NCBI GenBank assembly: GCA_965223345.1
Contig: CBDCWG010000012.1
Location: forward strand, 928,001 to 992,000
DNA: 64,000 bases
Source of the DNA: Nitrospinales bacterium
Lineage (GTDB): Bacteria > Nitrospinota > Nitrospinia > Nitrospinales > VA-1
Reading direction: 5' to 3'
The notes beneath the pieces are model-generated. The model was not told the origin of the DNA. It ran no database searches and was given only the letters and a program-made list of their open reading frames with translations. Each line of letters starts with the position of its first letter. The stretch's first letter is position 1. This document shows positions 37,265 to 49,417 of this stretch, piece by piece. The translations under genes and the position numbers were made by a program.

Positions 37265-37498
37265 ATGAAAGCCGAAATCCATCCTGAATATTTTGAAACC
37301 ACCGTTCGGTGCGCCTGCGGGCACGAAGTGACGACCAGTGCCACGGTCAAGGACATGCACGTGGAAATCTGTTCGAACTGCCACCCGTTTTACACTGGCA
37401 AACAGAAGCTGATCGACACCGCCGGCCGGATCGAAAAATTCAACCGCAAGTATAAAAAAAGCGCCGACAGCAAGCAGGAAACCCCCACTCCCCAGTAG
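37265..37498 (+). CDS. rpmE: 50S ribosomal protein L31 (zinc-binding)
   Basis: [23 protein letters not shown]. Confidence 0.98.
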   Translation: MKAEIHPEYFETTVRCACGHEVTTSATVKDMHVEICSNCHPFYTGKQKLIDTAGRIEKFNRKYKKSADSKQETPTPQ

Positions 37499-37596
37499 CT
37501 TCCTCCCATTGCGGGCCGGAGGCCGCCTGGTTTCTATTCTCCGCACGCAGTGTGTTCTCTTGATCACACCATCCCTTTCCTTCCCAGAGCGGACCC

Positions 37597-38703
37597 ATGT
37601 TTGAGAAGCTGGAATCGATCGAAAAACGCCACGACCAACTCAACGAGCTGTTGAGCGATCCGAAGATCATCGCCCAGCAGTCCGAATATCAGAAGTACGC
37701 CCGCGAGCAGGCGGAGATCGCACCGATCGTGCAGGAAGCGAAGGAACTCAAACGCATTCTCCGGCAGCAGGAGGAAAACGAGCAGATCCTGGCTGAGGAA
37801 AGCGATGCCGAACTTCTGGAGCTGGCGAAAGAAGAGCTGAGCGGGCTCAAGCGGCAACGCGAGGAAGCGGAGGCCAGTCTCAAACGGCTGCTTTTGCCCA
37901 AGGATCCGCGCGACAGCAAAAACGTCATTCTGGAAATCCGAGCGGGCACCGGCGGCGAGGAAGCGGCGCTGTTTTCCAGCGATCTGTTCCGCATGTACAC
38001 CCGTTATGCGGAGGCCAAACAATGGAACTTTGAAATCTTAAGTTCCAACGAGACCGGCAAGGGCGGGTTCAAGGAGGTCATCGCCAGCATCAACGGCAAA
38101 GGCGTGTTCAGCCGGTTGAAATACGAAAGCGGCACCCACCGGGTGCAGCGGGTGCCCGAAACGGAGACCCAGGGTCGCGTGCACACCTCCGCGGTGACCG
38201 TCGCCATCCTGCCGCAGGTCGAGGACGTGGACATCCAGGTCAATCCGGTGGATTTGAAAATCGATGTGTTCCGCTCCTCCGGCCCCGGCGGCCAGAGCGT
38301 GAACACCACCGATTCCGCCGTGCGCATCACCCACGTGCCTACAGGCGTGGTGGTCACCTGCCAGGACGAAAAATCCCAGCACAAGAACAAGGAAAAAGCC
38401 ATGAAGGTGCTGCGCGCCCGCCTGTACGACGAAGAGCAGAGAAAGCAGCAGGCAGAGCAGGCGCGCGACCGCAAGCAGCAGGTGGGCAGCGGCGACCGCA
38501 GCGAACGCATCCGCACCTACAATTTTCCGCAGGAACGCATCACCGACCACCGCATTGGACTCACGCTGCACAAACTGACCCAGGTTCTGGAGGGAGACCT
38601 CGACACGATCCTCGATGCGCTGACGCTGCATTTTCAAACGGAGGCGTTGAAGGCAAACCCTGAGGACTCGCAGCAGAACAATTCGGAGACGGTGACTGCC
38701 TGA
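37597..38703 (+). CDS. prfA: Peptide chain release factor 1
   Basis: [19 protein letters not shown] (PxT motif), [13 protein letters not shown]. Confidence 0.99.
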   Translation: MFEKLESIEKRHDQLNELLSDPKIIAQQSEYQKYAREQAEIAPIVQEAKELKRILRQQEENEQILAEESDAELLELAKEELSGLKRQREEAEASLKRLLLPKDPRDSKNVILEIRAGTGGEEAALFSSDLFRMYTRYAEAKQWNFEILSSNETGKGGFKEVIASINGKGVFSRLKYESGTHRVQRVPETETQGRVHTSAVTVAILPQVEDVDIQVNPVDLKIDVFRSSGPGGQSVNTTDSAVRITHVPTGVVVTCQDEKSQHKNKEKAMKVLRARLYDEEQRKQQAEQARDRKQQVGSGDRSERIRTYNFPQERITDHRIGLTLHKLTQVLEGDLDTILDALTLHFQTEALKANPEDSQQNNSETVTA

Positions 38704-38764
38704 AACGCGGTCTCTTGTTTTTGCGAGAAACGGTTTTTTCGTTCGATGAAGGGAGAATTTTCTT

Positions 38765-39661
38765 GTGAAAGCGGTTTTATCTCGAGACAATCCGGTGCAG
38801 ACGGTGCGCGCGTTTCTCGACTGGGCGGCGGAGGCACTCGCCCCTTGCGGGACATCCTCTTCCCGGCTGGATGCGGAACTGCTATTGGCCGGTGCGCTCG
38901 GCATTTCGCGCGAAGCGATTCACATGCATCCCGGGAGACGTCTCAATTCTGAAGAACGGCGCGTGAGCGCCGCGTTGATCGAACGCCGCGTTCGCTGCGA
39001 ACCGGTGGCCTACATTCTGGGGCAGAAGGAATTCATGGGAATGGATTTTGCCGTCGATGCGGATGTCCTCATTCCGCGCTGGGAGACGGAGTTGCTGTTA
39101 GAGCGTTTCGAGCAATGGCTCGCCGCCACATCGTTTCCCGTCCCCCTGCGTTTGCTGGATCTGGGGACCGGTTCCGGAAACATCGCGGTGTGTCTTGCCA
39201 GACAATATCCTGAGAGCCGGATCACCGCGGTGGATGTCTGCGAGAAAGCTCTGACTGTGGCGCGCAACAACGCGGAGCGGCACGGCGTCGCCGAACGCAT
39301 CCGGTTTGTGCTCAGCGACTGGTTTGCAGACGTTGAGGGCGAGTACCATGCGATCCTGTGCAACCCGCCGTACATCGATACACAGCGGATGCAAACGTTG
39401 ATGCCGGATGTGCAGGATCACGAGCCCGCGCGGGCGCTGGATGGCGGGCCACAGGGGCTCGATGCATACCGCCGCCTGATACCCGATGCGCATTCGAAAC
39501 TGGTTGCGGGCGGCGGGTTGTTTTTCGAGATCGGCGAGGATCAGGCGCAGCCGGTTGCTTCGCTGATCGAATCGCACGGCGGCTACACTACGCCGCAAGT
39601 GATTGAAGACCTCAGCGGCTGCGACCGCGTCGTGTGCACGCAAAGGCGAAACGATGGATAA
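38765..39661 (+). CDS. prmC: Release factor glutamine methyltransferase PrmC/HemK
   Basis: VLIPRWETE, LDLGTGSG, NPPY; follows prfA. Confidence 0.96.
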   Translation: MKAVLSRDNPVQTVRAFLDWAAEALAPCGTSSSRLDAELLLAGALGISREAIHMHPGRRLNSEERRVSAALIERRVRCEPVAYILGQKEFMGMDFAVDADVLIPRWETELLLERFEQWLAATSFPVPLRLLDLGTGSGNIAVCLARQYPESRITAVDVCEKALTVARNNAERHGVAERIRFVLSDWFADVEGEYHAILCNPPYIDTQRMQTLMPDVQDHEPARALDGGPQGLDAYRRLIPDAHSKLVAGGGLFFEIGEDQAQPVASLIESHGGYTTPQVIEDLSGCDRVVCTQRRNDG

Positions 39662-40913
39662 ACTCTGGATCGAAGGCGGCCGCAGGCTTGAGGGACGGGT
39701 TTCGGTGAGCGGCGCGAAAAACGCCGCGCTGCCGCTGCTCGCGGCGACGCTGTTGACCGCCGGCAAGAACGAGATCACGGGGCTCCCGCAGGTGCGGGAT
39801 GTCCGCACGATGGTGCGTCTGTTGAGCGTGCTCGGCGCGCGGGTGGATTTTTTCGAGGGCGACCGCATCGTGCTCGACACCTCCGATGTCCACAATCACG
39901 AAGCGCCTTACGAACTGGTTTCCACCATGCGGGCCTCCTGCCTGGTGCTCGGGCCGCTTCTGGCGCGGCTGGGGCGCGCCCGCGTGTCGCTTCCCGGCGG
40001 CTGCGCCATCGGTGCCCGGCCGATGGATCTGCACATCAAGGGGCTGGAAGCGCTGGGGGCGGAGATCTCACTCGAGCAGGGCTACATGGACGGCAGCGCG
40101 AAGCGCATGCGGGGCAGCCACGTCTATTTCGACACGGTCACGGTCACCGGCACCATGAACCTGATGATGGCGGCGGCGCTCACCGAAGGGGAAACGCTGC
40201 TCGAGAACGCGGCGAAGGAGCCGGAAGTGGTGTTCCTGGCGGACACGTTGAACCGCTGCGGCGCCAAGATCGAAGGCCACGGCACCGATGTGATCATGGT
40301 GCAGGGCGTCTCCGGTCTCAAGCCGATCGAAAGCCGGGTGTTTCCCGACCGCATCGAAGCGGGGACCTACATCATGGCGGCGGCGATCACCGGCGGCGAG
40401 GTGGAGATCGACAACTGCGTTCCCCAGCACCTGGAAGCGGCGATCCACAAACTGCAGCAGGCGGGCGTGCAGATCGAATCCGACGGCGCGCGTCTGCACG
40501 TGCGGTCACCGCAAAGGCTCAAGGGGGTGAACATCAAGACGCAGCCGCACCCCGGTTTTCCGACCGATCTTCAGGCGCAGTACATGGGGCTGATGACGGT
40601 GGCCGAAGGACAGAGCATCATCGTGGAAAACGTTTTCGAGAACCGGTTCATGCACGCGGCGGAAATGCGCCGCATGGGCGCGAACATCACCATCGACGGG
40701 CACACCGCCATCGTCAGCGGCGTTCCCTGGTTGAGCGGCGCTCCCCTGATGGCGACGGATCTTCGGGCCAGTGCGTCGCTCGTGCTGACCGCGCTGGCGG
40801 CGAAGGGGACCTCGCAGATTTCCAGGGTGTACCACATCGACCGGGGCTACGAAGCCATGGAAGAGAAACTGTCCCGGCTCGGTGCTCACATCCGCAGGCT
40901 CAAGGAATCCTGA
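39654..40913 (+). CDS. murA: UDP-N-acetylglucosamine 1-carboxyvinyltransferase
   Basis: SGAKNAALP, LPGGCAIGARP, PGFPTDLQAQ, DLRASA. Confidence 0.99.
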   Translation: MDKLWIEGGRRLEGRVSVSGAKNAALPLLAATLLTAGKNEITGLPQVRDVRTMVRLLSVLGARVDFFEGDRIVLDTSDVHNHEAPYELVSTMRASCLVLGPLLARLGRARVSLPGGCAIGARPMDLHIKGLEALGAEISLEQGYMDGSAKRMRGSHVYFDTVTVTGTMNLMMAAALTEGETLLENAAKEPEVVFLADTLNRCGAKIEGHGTDVIMVQGVSGLKPIESRVFPDRIEAGTYIMAAAITGGEVEIDNCVPQHLEAAIHKLQQAGVQIESDGARLHVRSPQRLKGVNIKTQPHPGFPTDLQAQYMGLMTVAEGQSIIVENVFENRFMHAAEMRRMGANITIDGHTAIVSGVPWLSGAPLMATDLRASASLVLTALAAKGTSQISRVYHIDRGYEAMEEKLSRLGAHIRRLKES

Positions 40914-40918
40914 ACCCC

Positions 40919-42028
40919 ATGACACCACCTTCCGAGACCCCTCTGCACGAAAAAGATCTCCACAATATTTTGTTGTGGATGCCCAACTGGATCGGCGACG
41001 TGGTCCTGACGATTCCCTCCCTGCAGTCACTGCGCAAAAAATTTCCGCATTCGCGCATCACCGTCGTGGCGAAATCCCCGGCGGACGAACTGTTGTCGGG
41101 CCACCCGGCGGTGGACACGATGATCTCGCTGCCGTTCCGGCCGAAGGAGAGTTTCCTGAGCGCGGTGCGGTTCGCCTGGAACCTGCGCAAGTACCAGTTC
41201 GACCTCGGCGTGGTGCTGCCCAACTCGCTGCGCTCGGCGATGCTTTTATGCCTGGCGGGCGCCAAGCACCGTTTGGGCTACAACACCGACGGGCGCGAGA
41301 TCTTTCTCACGCACCCGCTTTCCGTCAGCTCGAAGCAGAAACGCAGCGAGTACCGGGTGGATTATTTTTTCAATATTTTCGCGCCGCTCAAACTCGATGC
41401 ACCGGAAAAAGAGTTCGCGCCTTTGAACCCGGAAAAAACCGATCAGGAGGTGGATGGGTTTTTGTCCGAGATGGAAGTGCGGCCCGGCGATGCGTTGATC
41501 GCGGTGCATCCGGGCACCTCGAAACCGGAGCGGGGCTGGCACACCGACCGTTTCGCCATCCTGTGTCAGAAGCTGGCGAAAGAGCGGCGCGTGAAGATCG
41601 TGCTTTTGGGGACCCCTGCCGAAGAGGTGTTGTTGAAGAAAATCCACCGCAACTGCCCGGAAGGCGTGGCGCACCTTCTTCCCGCCATGAACCTTCGCGA
41701 GATCGCGGCGTTGATCCAGCGCTGCCAACTGTTCATCGGCAACGACAGCGGCATGATGCACGTGGCGGCGATGGTGAAGACACCGGTGGTGGGCATCTTC
41801 GGCCCGGGCAGCCCGCAGACTTCCGGGCCGTACATGGACGCCGAATGGCAGGAGATCGTCACAAAGTCGTACCATTGCTCGCCGTGCCGGCAGCGGTTTT
41901 TCAAGGAGTGCAAACCCTCGCCGCATTACAAGCCCTATTGTCTGGAAGACATCAGCGTCAAGGACGTGTCCGAAGCGGTGGAGCGGCTGCTGCAGCGGGT
42001 GAAAAAAAGCGAATTCGCCAACCGTTGA
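40919..42028 (+). CDS. waaF: GT9 LPS heptosyltransferase II-like
   Basis: PNWIGDVVL, LPNSLRSA, IGNDSGMMHVAA, FGP, C-terminal CSPC...C motif. Confidence 0.85.
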   Translation: MTPPSETPLHEKDLHNILLWMPNWIGDVVLTIPSLQSLRKKFPHSRITVVAKSPADELLSGHPAVDTMISLPFRPKESFLSAVRFAWNLRKYQFDLGVVLPNSLRSAMLLCLAGAKHRLGYNTDGREIFLTHPLSVSSKQKRSEYRVDYFFNIFAPLKLDAPEKEFAPLNPEKTDQEVDGFLSEMEVRPGDALIAVHPGTSKPERGWHTDRFAILCQKLAKERRVKIVLLGTPAEEVLLKKIHRNCPEGVAHLLPAMNLREIAALIQRCQLFIGNDSGMMHVAAMVKTPVVGIFGPGSPQTSGPYMDAEWQEIVTKSYHCSPCRQRFFKECKPSPHYKPYCLEDISVKDVSEAVERLLQRVKKSEFANR

Positions 42029-42052
42029 GATTCGCAGGCGGGGGCAGGGGGC

Positions 42053-42475
42053 TTAGGCGGTGGAAGGGCCGGTTTTTTCGTCGTTTTCCCCGGAAAACTT
42101 TTTCACCGCCCAGTAGGGTTCCAGATCGAAATAATTCAGGATCAGCTCTTCTTCAGCGGACGTCACGTTCTGGATGTCCAGGGGCGTCGGGGCGTCCATC
42201 AACGATTCCTTCCGCCAGCGCGTCTTGACCTTTCCCATGTCCACCAGCCTGCACACCTCCACAGGCAGGATCAGGCGTTTCCCGGCGATGTTCAGGGTGC
42301 CGCCCAGGGTGATGACCAGGTAGCGGGAGAGGTAGGTTTCCGGCTCCGCCAGCAGCCCCTCGATGCGCGACAGCACCTCGTCGAATTCGTCGTACAGGTA
42401 ATACCCGACGATGCGGTCCTGTTCCCGGAGTTTGAAAATGTTCTCGGTCAGATGGACCAATTGGCTTTCAGACAT
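42053..42475 (-). CDS. PRC-barrel-like domain protein
   Basis: IVGYYLYD...IEGLL...RYLVITLGGTLNIAGKRLILPV resembles the PRC-barrel consensus. Confidence 0.6.
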   Translation of the reverse strand: MSESQLVHLTENIFKLREQDRIVGYYLYDEFDEVLSRIEGLLAEPETYLSRYLVITLGGTLNIAGKRLILPVEVCRLVDMGKVKTRWRKESLMDAPTPLDIQNVTSAEEELILNYFDLEPYWAVKKFSGENDEKTGPSTA

Positions 42476-42551
42476 GGTTTTTTCGCATCGAAAAAGGTTG
42501 AATTTTCCCGCATTCCGGCGACGCCCATTATCGCCCTATCTTATTGATTTT

Positions 42552-42584
42552 ATTATAGCATAGCGGCCTTCCCGTTGTTATAAT
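42552..42584. promoter_or_regulatory. Back-to-back divergent extended -10 promoters
   Basis: TGCTATAAT on minus strand (42552-42560) and TGTTATAAT on plus strand (42576-42584). Confidence 0.6.
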
Positions 42585-42652
42585 TTATAGATTGACCGAC
42601 CTTTAATTGCGATTTCGCAATCCATTCCCCGAACGAATCCGGAGGAGACCTT

Positions 42653-43465
42653 ATGAGCGGGAAATTCGTTTCTGGTGCGAAAACCGGTGCGTGGCTTTGG
42701 CTGATTCTGGCAGCCTGGACCTTCGCCCTGCCGCAGACGGCGGCTGCCGGGATCTACAAATGGAAGGACGAGACGGGCCGGGTGCATTTCACCGACAGCC
42801 TGCAGAAGATCCCAGAAAAATACCGCAAAGGCACCAAAGTCAAAAAAATGAAAATGCGGCCTCTGCCCGCTCCGCCGGTGAAACCGATGCCGCAGGCGAA
42901 TGAGGGACAGGGCGACGCGTCCGGTTCCGCCGACTCGCAAAACGCCCCCGGTGCGGCAGCGTCAGAAGGGGATGCGAAAATGATGCAGGAGACGATCGCC
43001 TTTCTCAATCAGGACATCGAGCGTTACAAAAAGTATGAGGACTATGTGCCGCAGCGCCGCAGCGCGCTCATGCTGAGAAATGAAATCGTCGGCGCGCTGC
43101 CCGCCAAGGAAGCGTTGCTGGAAAAACTCAAGACATCCGAATCGGCGTCGCTGAAAGCCGCGCAGGCCTTTTTGAAGGCCAGCATCGCGAAAGACTTGGA
43201 GGCGAAAAAGCAGGAATATCCCAAACGGCTGGTGTTCATCGGTGAGCGCACCCGCATCAACGCGGAAAAAATTCAGAAAGCCGCCTTGATCGAACAGTTG
43301 CAATCCGAAATGAAGACCGCGGCAGCCGCCGGCCCGGCCGCAGCGCCGCCCGTCGCGCCCGGTCCCGATACCAACAGCGATCCGGTTCCGGCGCCCGCTT
43401 CTTCTCCCATTCCCGCGTCGGCGCCGCCCGAACCGGAAGGCTCGCAATCCAAAAGCGGCTATTGA
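42653..43465 (+). CDS. Exported DUF4124-domain protein with Pro/Ala-rich linkers and helical region
   Basis: Signal peptide ending AAA, then IYKWKDETGRVHFTD...IPEKYR; GGAGG SD. Confidence 0.8.
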   Translation: MSGKFVSGAKTGAWLWLILAAWTFALPQTAAAGIYKWKDETGRVHFTDSLQKIPEKYRKGTKVKKMKMRPLPAPPVKPMPQANEGQGDASGSADSQNAPGAAASEGDAKMMQETIAFLNQDIERYKKYEDYVPQRRSALMLRNEIVGALPAKEALLEKLKTSESASLKAAQAFLKASIAKDLEAKKQEYPKRLVFIGERTRINAEKIQKAALIEQLQSEMKTAAAAGPAAAPPVAPGPDTNSDPVPAPASSPIPASAPPEPEGSQSKSGY

Positions 43466-43522
43466 TCTTGAGAAGGCGCACCGCCTTTCTCTTGCCATTT
43501 CCGGCCGCCCGGCTTTAAAATG

Positions 43523-43552
43523 AACCGGCCCCCTGCGGGGCCGGTTTTTTTT
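43523..43552 (+). terminator. Intrinsic terminator after DUF4124 gene
   Basis: AACCGGCCCC-CTGC-GGGGCCGGTT 10-bp stem followed by a T-run. Confidence 0.8.
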
Positions 43553-43582
43553 CCTCCTTCAACCCTTCCTTCTTCAACTCCT

Positions 43583-44938
43583 ATGACTTCCCTGAACCAG
43601 TTTCTTGCAGACTTCAGCGGTCTCGTGTGGGGGCCCTGGCTCATGATCCTCCTGGTGGGAACCGGCATTTATCTCACGGTCCGCCTGCGTGGCATTCAGT
43701 TTCGTCAACTCGGCTACGCGCTGCGGCTCACCTTTGCGAAAGAGCGCGACGGCGATGGCGACATCTCCCACCTCGGCGCGTTGATGACGGCGCTCGCGTC
43801 CACCATCGGCGTCGGCAACATCGCCGGCGTGAGCAAGGCGGTGGCGGTGGGCGGGCCGGGGGCGGTGTTCTGGATGTGGATCACCGCCGTATTCGGGATG
43901 GCGACCAAGTACAGCGAGGGGTTTCTGGCGGTCAAATACCGCAAGGTCAACGCCGATGGAAAGATCTCCGGCGGCCCCATGCATTACATCCAACAGGGCC
44001 TGGGAAAAAAATGGCTCGCCCTGTGTTTTGCTTTTTTCGGCGCCATCGCGGCGTTTGGCATCGGCAACATGGCGCAGGCCAACACCACGTCCCAGGCGCT
44101 GGCGGAGTTCGGACTCGATTCCTTTTGGGTGGGCGTGTGCCTCGCCTTTTTGACGGCGCTGGTGGTTCTGGGCGGCATCCGGCGCATCGCGCAGGTGTCG
44201 GTGTTTCTGGTTCCCGCTCTGGTGCTGCTCTATTTCGGCGGGGCCTTGATCGTGATATTGAGAAATTTCTCGCGGGTGGGGCCGGGGCTCGCGGCCATCT
44301 TCAGGCAGGCGTTCACCGGCACCGCGGTGGTCGGCGGGTTTGCCGGCGCGACGCTGTCGCAGACGCTGCAATCCGGGGTATCGCGCGGCCTGTTCTCCAA
44401 CGAATCGGGACTCGGCAGCGCGCCCATCGCCGCTGCCGCCGCGAAGACGAACCAGCCCGGCAAGCAGGCGCTGGTGTCGATGACCGGCACCTTTCTCGAC
44501 ACGCTGGTGGTGTGTTCTTTCACCGCGATGGTGCTGGCGGCCACCGGTGTGTGGGAATCCGGGGCAACGGGGGTGGCGCTCACCATACAGGCGTTTTCCG
44601 CCGGACTGCCGGGGGATTGGGGCAAATGGATCGTGACCGTGAGCGTGGTGAATTTCGCGTTTTCCACCATCCTCGGCTGGAGTTATTACGGGGAAAAATG
44701 CGTGGAGTTCATCGCCGGGCTGAAAGCGGTGACGCCCTATCGCATCTTGTGGGTGGCCTTTGTGCTGATCGGGGCGGTGTACTCGCTGGAGCCGGTGTGG
44801 AATTTCTCCGATGCCCTGAACGGTCTGATGGCGGTGCCCAACCTGATCGGGCTTCTGCTGTTGAGCGGTGTGCTGTCGCGCGAAACGCGCGCGTTTGAAA
44901 GCGGCGTGGCGAACGGCAGGATCGACAAATACGATTGA
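43583..44938 (+). CDS. Sodium:alanine/glycine symporter (AGCS family)
   Basis: LASTIGVGNIAGV, GGPGAVFWMW, RGLFSNESGLGSAP, FAFSTILGWSYYGE, LMAVPNLI. Confidence 0.95.
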   Translation: MTSLNQFLADFSGLVWGPWLMILLVGTGIYLTVRLRGIQFRQLGYALRLTFAKERDGDGDISHLGALMTALASTIGVGNIAGVSKAVAVGGPGAVFWMWITAVFGMATKYSEGFLAVKYRKVNADGKISGGPMHYIQQGLGKKWLALCFAFFGAIAAFGIGNMAQANTTSQALAEFGLDSFWVGVCLAFLTALVVLGGIRRIAQVSVFLVPALVLLYFGGALIVILRNFSRVGPGLAAIFRQAFTGTAVVGGFAGATLSQTLQSGVSRGLFSNESGLGSAPIAAAAAKTNQPGKQALVSMTGTFLDTLVVCSFTAMVLAATGVWESGATGVALTIQAFSAGLPGDWGKWIVTVSVVNFAFSTILGWSYYGEKCVEFIAGLKAVTPYRILWVAFVLIGAVYSLEPVWNFSDALNGLMAVPNLIGLLLLSGVLSRETRAFESGVANGRIDKYD

Positions 44939-45033
44939 CGCAGCGCCCGCAGCGGCGCGTTTCTTTTTTTGGCAAATGCGCTCGCGTGTGTTACAAGGAG
45001 GAATACCCACGCAACGCAGGAGCGAGAAAACGT

Positions 45034-45438
45034 ATGCCGTTTTGCCCCAAATGCGAATCCGAGTTTCGTCCGGAATTCAGCCTCTGCCCGGAATGCAAAG
45101 TCCGGCTGGTGGACAGCCTGCCCGGCGAGGACAATGAAATCGAAGAGCTGGATGTCGTGGTCACGGTGACGCAGGAACCGGACGCCTACATCCTGCAGGG
45201 GTTTCTGGAAAACGAGGGGATTCCCTGCGTCCTGGAAAATGTTTCCTTCCACGCCAGCCCGGCGCCTGCCGGGGAGCTCACGAAAGTGCGCCTGTGGGCC
45301 AAGAAGACGGACGTGCAGAAAGCCCGGGCGTTGATCCGGGAACACGAACGATTCCCCACCTGCTCCTCCTGCCACCATGTGGTGCTGGCTCAGGACACGG
45401 TTTGCGATTTCTGCGGCGAACCCCTGGAAGCCTCCTGA
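45034..45438 (+). CDS. DUF2007-like (PII-like) domain protein flanked by two zinc ribbons
   Basis: CPKC...CPEC, AYILQGFLENEGIP core, CSSC...CDFC. Confidence 0.7.
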   Translation: MPFCPKCESEFRPEFSLCPECKVRLVDSLPGEDNEIEELDVVVTVTQEPDAYILQGFLENEGIPCVLENVSFHASPAPAGELTKVRLWAKKTDVQKARALIREHERFPTCSSCHHVVLAQDTVCDFCGEPLEAS

Positions 45439-45469
45439 ACTCCCGCCCGCAACCTCCCATCGCAAACGT

Positions 45470-46171
45470 TCAGTTCACAAAACGGAATTTGAAAATGTAC
45501 CAGAGGGCGGCGATGCCGTCTTTCCAGGTGATCTTCTTGCCTTCGGAATAGTCCCGGCCGCTGTAGGAGATCGGCACTTCGTAAACCCGGAATTTTTTCT
45601 TGGAAATTTTGCTGGTGATCTCGGGTTCGAACCCGAAGCGGTCGCATTTTAATGAAATGGAATCGATCACTCTGCGGGTGAAAACCTTGTAGCCGGTTTC
45701 CATGTCGGTGAGGTTGAGGTTGGTCAGCATGTTGGACAGCGTCGTCAAAACCTTGTTGCCGACGTAATGCCAGTAAAACAGCACGCGGTGGGGGCCGCCG
45801 AGAAAGCGCGACCCGAACACCACATCGGCGCGGCCGTCGAGAACGGGCTCGAGCAGCGCGGTGTAATCCCGGGGGTCGTATTCCAGGTCCGCATCCTGCA
45901 CGATGACGACGTCCCCCGAGACCTGCGAAAAGCCGGTGCGCAGCGCCGCCCCTTTGCCGCGGTTTTTTTCGTGATAGCGGACGACGAAGCCTTCCCGGTT
46001 TTCGAACTCCTTGAGGATCTTCCGGCTGTCGTCGGTGGACCCGTCGTCGATCAGGATGATTTCCTTGTCGAGTGGGGTGGCTTCCACCTTGCGGACGATC
46101 TCGCGCAGTGTGGCCTGTTCGTTGTAGACGGGGATGACGATCGATATCTTCACAGGATGCGGGGCGGTCAC
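45470..46171 (-). CDS. GT2 glycosyltransferase (polyprenyl-phosphate sugar synthase, DPM1-like)
   Basis: SIVIPVYNE, DDGSTD, NRGKGAAL, QDADLEYDP, TDMETGYK, RFGFEPEIT. Confidence 0.9.
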   Translation of the reverse strand: MTAPHPVKISIVIPVYNEQATLREIVRKVEATPLDKEIILIDDGSTDDSRKILKEFENREGFVVRYHEKNRGKGAALRTGFSQVSGDVVIVQDADLEYDPRDYTALLEPVLDGRADVVFGSRFLGGPHRVLFYWHYVGNKVLTTLSNMLTNLNLTDMETGYKVFTRRVIDSISLKCDRFGFEPEITSKISKKKFRVYEVPISYSGRDYSEGKKITWKDGIAALWYIFKFRFVN

Positions 46172-46379
46172 AATGGGTGTGCGATGAGGACGGCCATTCC
46201 GGTGGAGATCCTGACAAGAGCTGTCCGGTGGAGGCGGATTCTCCTGGAGTCAAGCCGCTGACGTTTCCAGTCGATTGCGTTTTTGCAATCGCAATCCACG
46301 CAAGTGTAAGTCAACGCGAAAAAAAAGTCTAAAAATTTTTTAACGGAAACTGCCGCGGCGAAAAAGTGGAAGGCCGGGT

Positions 46380-46868
46380 TTATTTAAAGGCGATGTTGTG
46401 CGCGCGCAGGCTGTCGATGAGTTTTTCTGCAATCACGCCGGTCAACAGGCCCGACACCAGTGCCAGCGTGAGGAACAGCGGCAGGAGGTTGAGGAAGGCG
46501 GGCTCGCGGATGAACACGGCGAACACGCACAGTGCGATGGCCAGGGTATGCGCGTACGCGCCGGACACGCTGACGCCGATCAGGCTGAAGGGGCCGCTGC
46601 CGTTGCGGTAGACCCACGCCATCAGGATGACGGCGCTCAGACCGCCCGCCAGGCTGAGAAAAAACGTCGGGCCGAGAAACGTCCCTCCCACCACCGATCC
46701 GAGGATCACCCGCAGGGCGGTGACGATCACGGCTTCCTTGAAACCGAGAAACACCAGCGCGGCGAGGGTCATGACGTTGGCGAGCCCCAGTTTGATCCAG
46801 GGCGAGGGGAGGGGCAGCAGGGCCTCCACCCGGTGCAGGATCACACCCAGCGCCACCAGAAACGCCAT
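46380..46868 (-). CDS. Gx transporter family / heptaprenyl diphosphate synthase component I-like membrane protein
   Basis: EALLPLPSPWIKLGLAN, SLIGVSVSGAYAH, GLLTG; start uncertain (open frame extends to 47000, overlapping clpC). Confidence 0.75.
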   Translation of the reverse strand: MAFLVALGVILHRVEALLPLPSPWIKLGLANVMTLAALVFLGFKEAVIVTALRVILGSVVGGTFLGPTFFLSLAGGLSAVILMAWVYRNGSGPFSLIGVSVSGAYAHTLAIALCVFAVFIREPAFLNLLPLFLTLALVSGLLTGVIAEKLIDSLRAHNIAFK

Positions 46869-46929
46869 CGACAGAAGCCGTCGTTCCGGTCGCGCAAACG
46901 CGTGGTGAGATGCGGGATGCCCGGCATGC

Positions 46930-49395
<2,466 letters not shown>

Positions 49396-49417
49396 GGCTG
49401 GACCAATTAGTTCGAGT

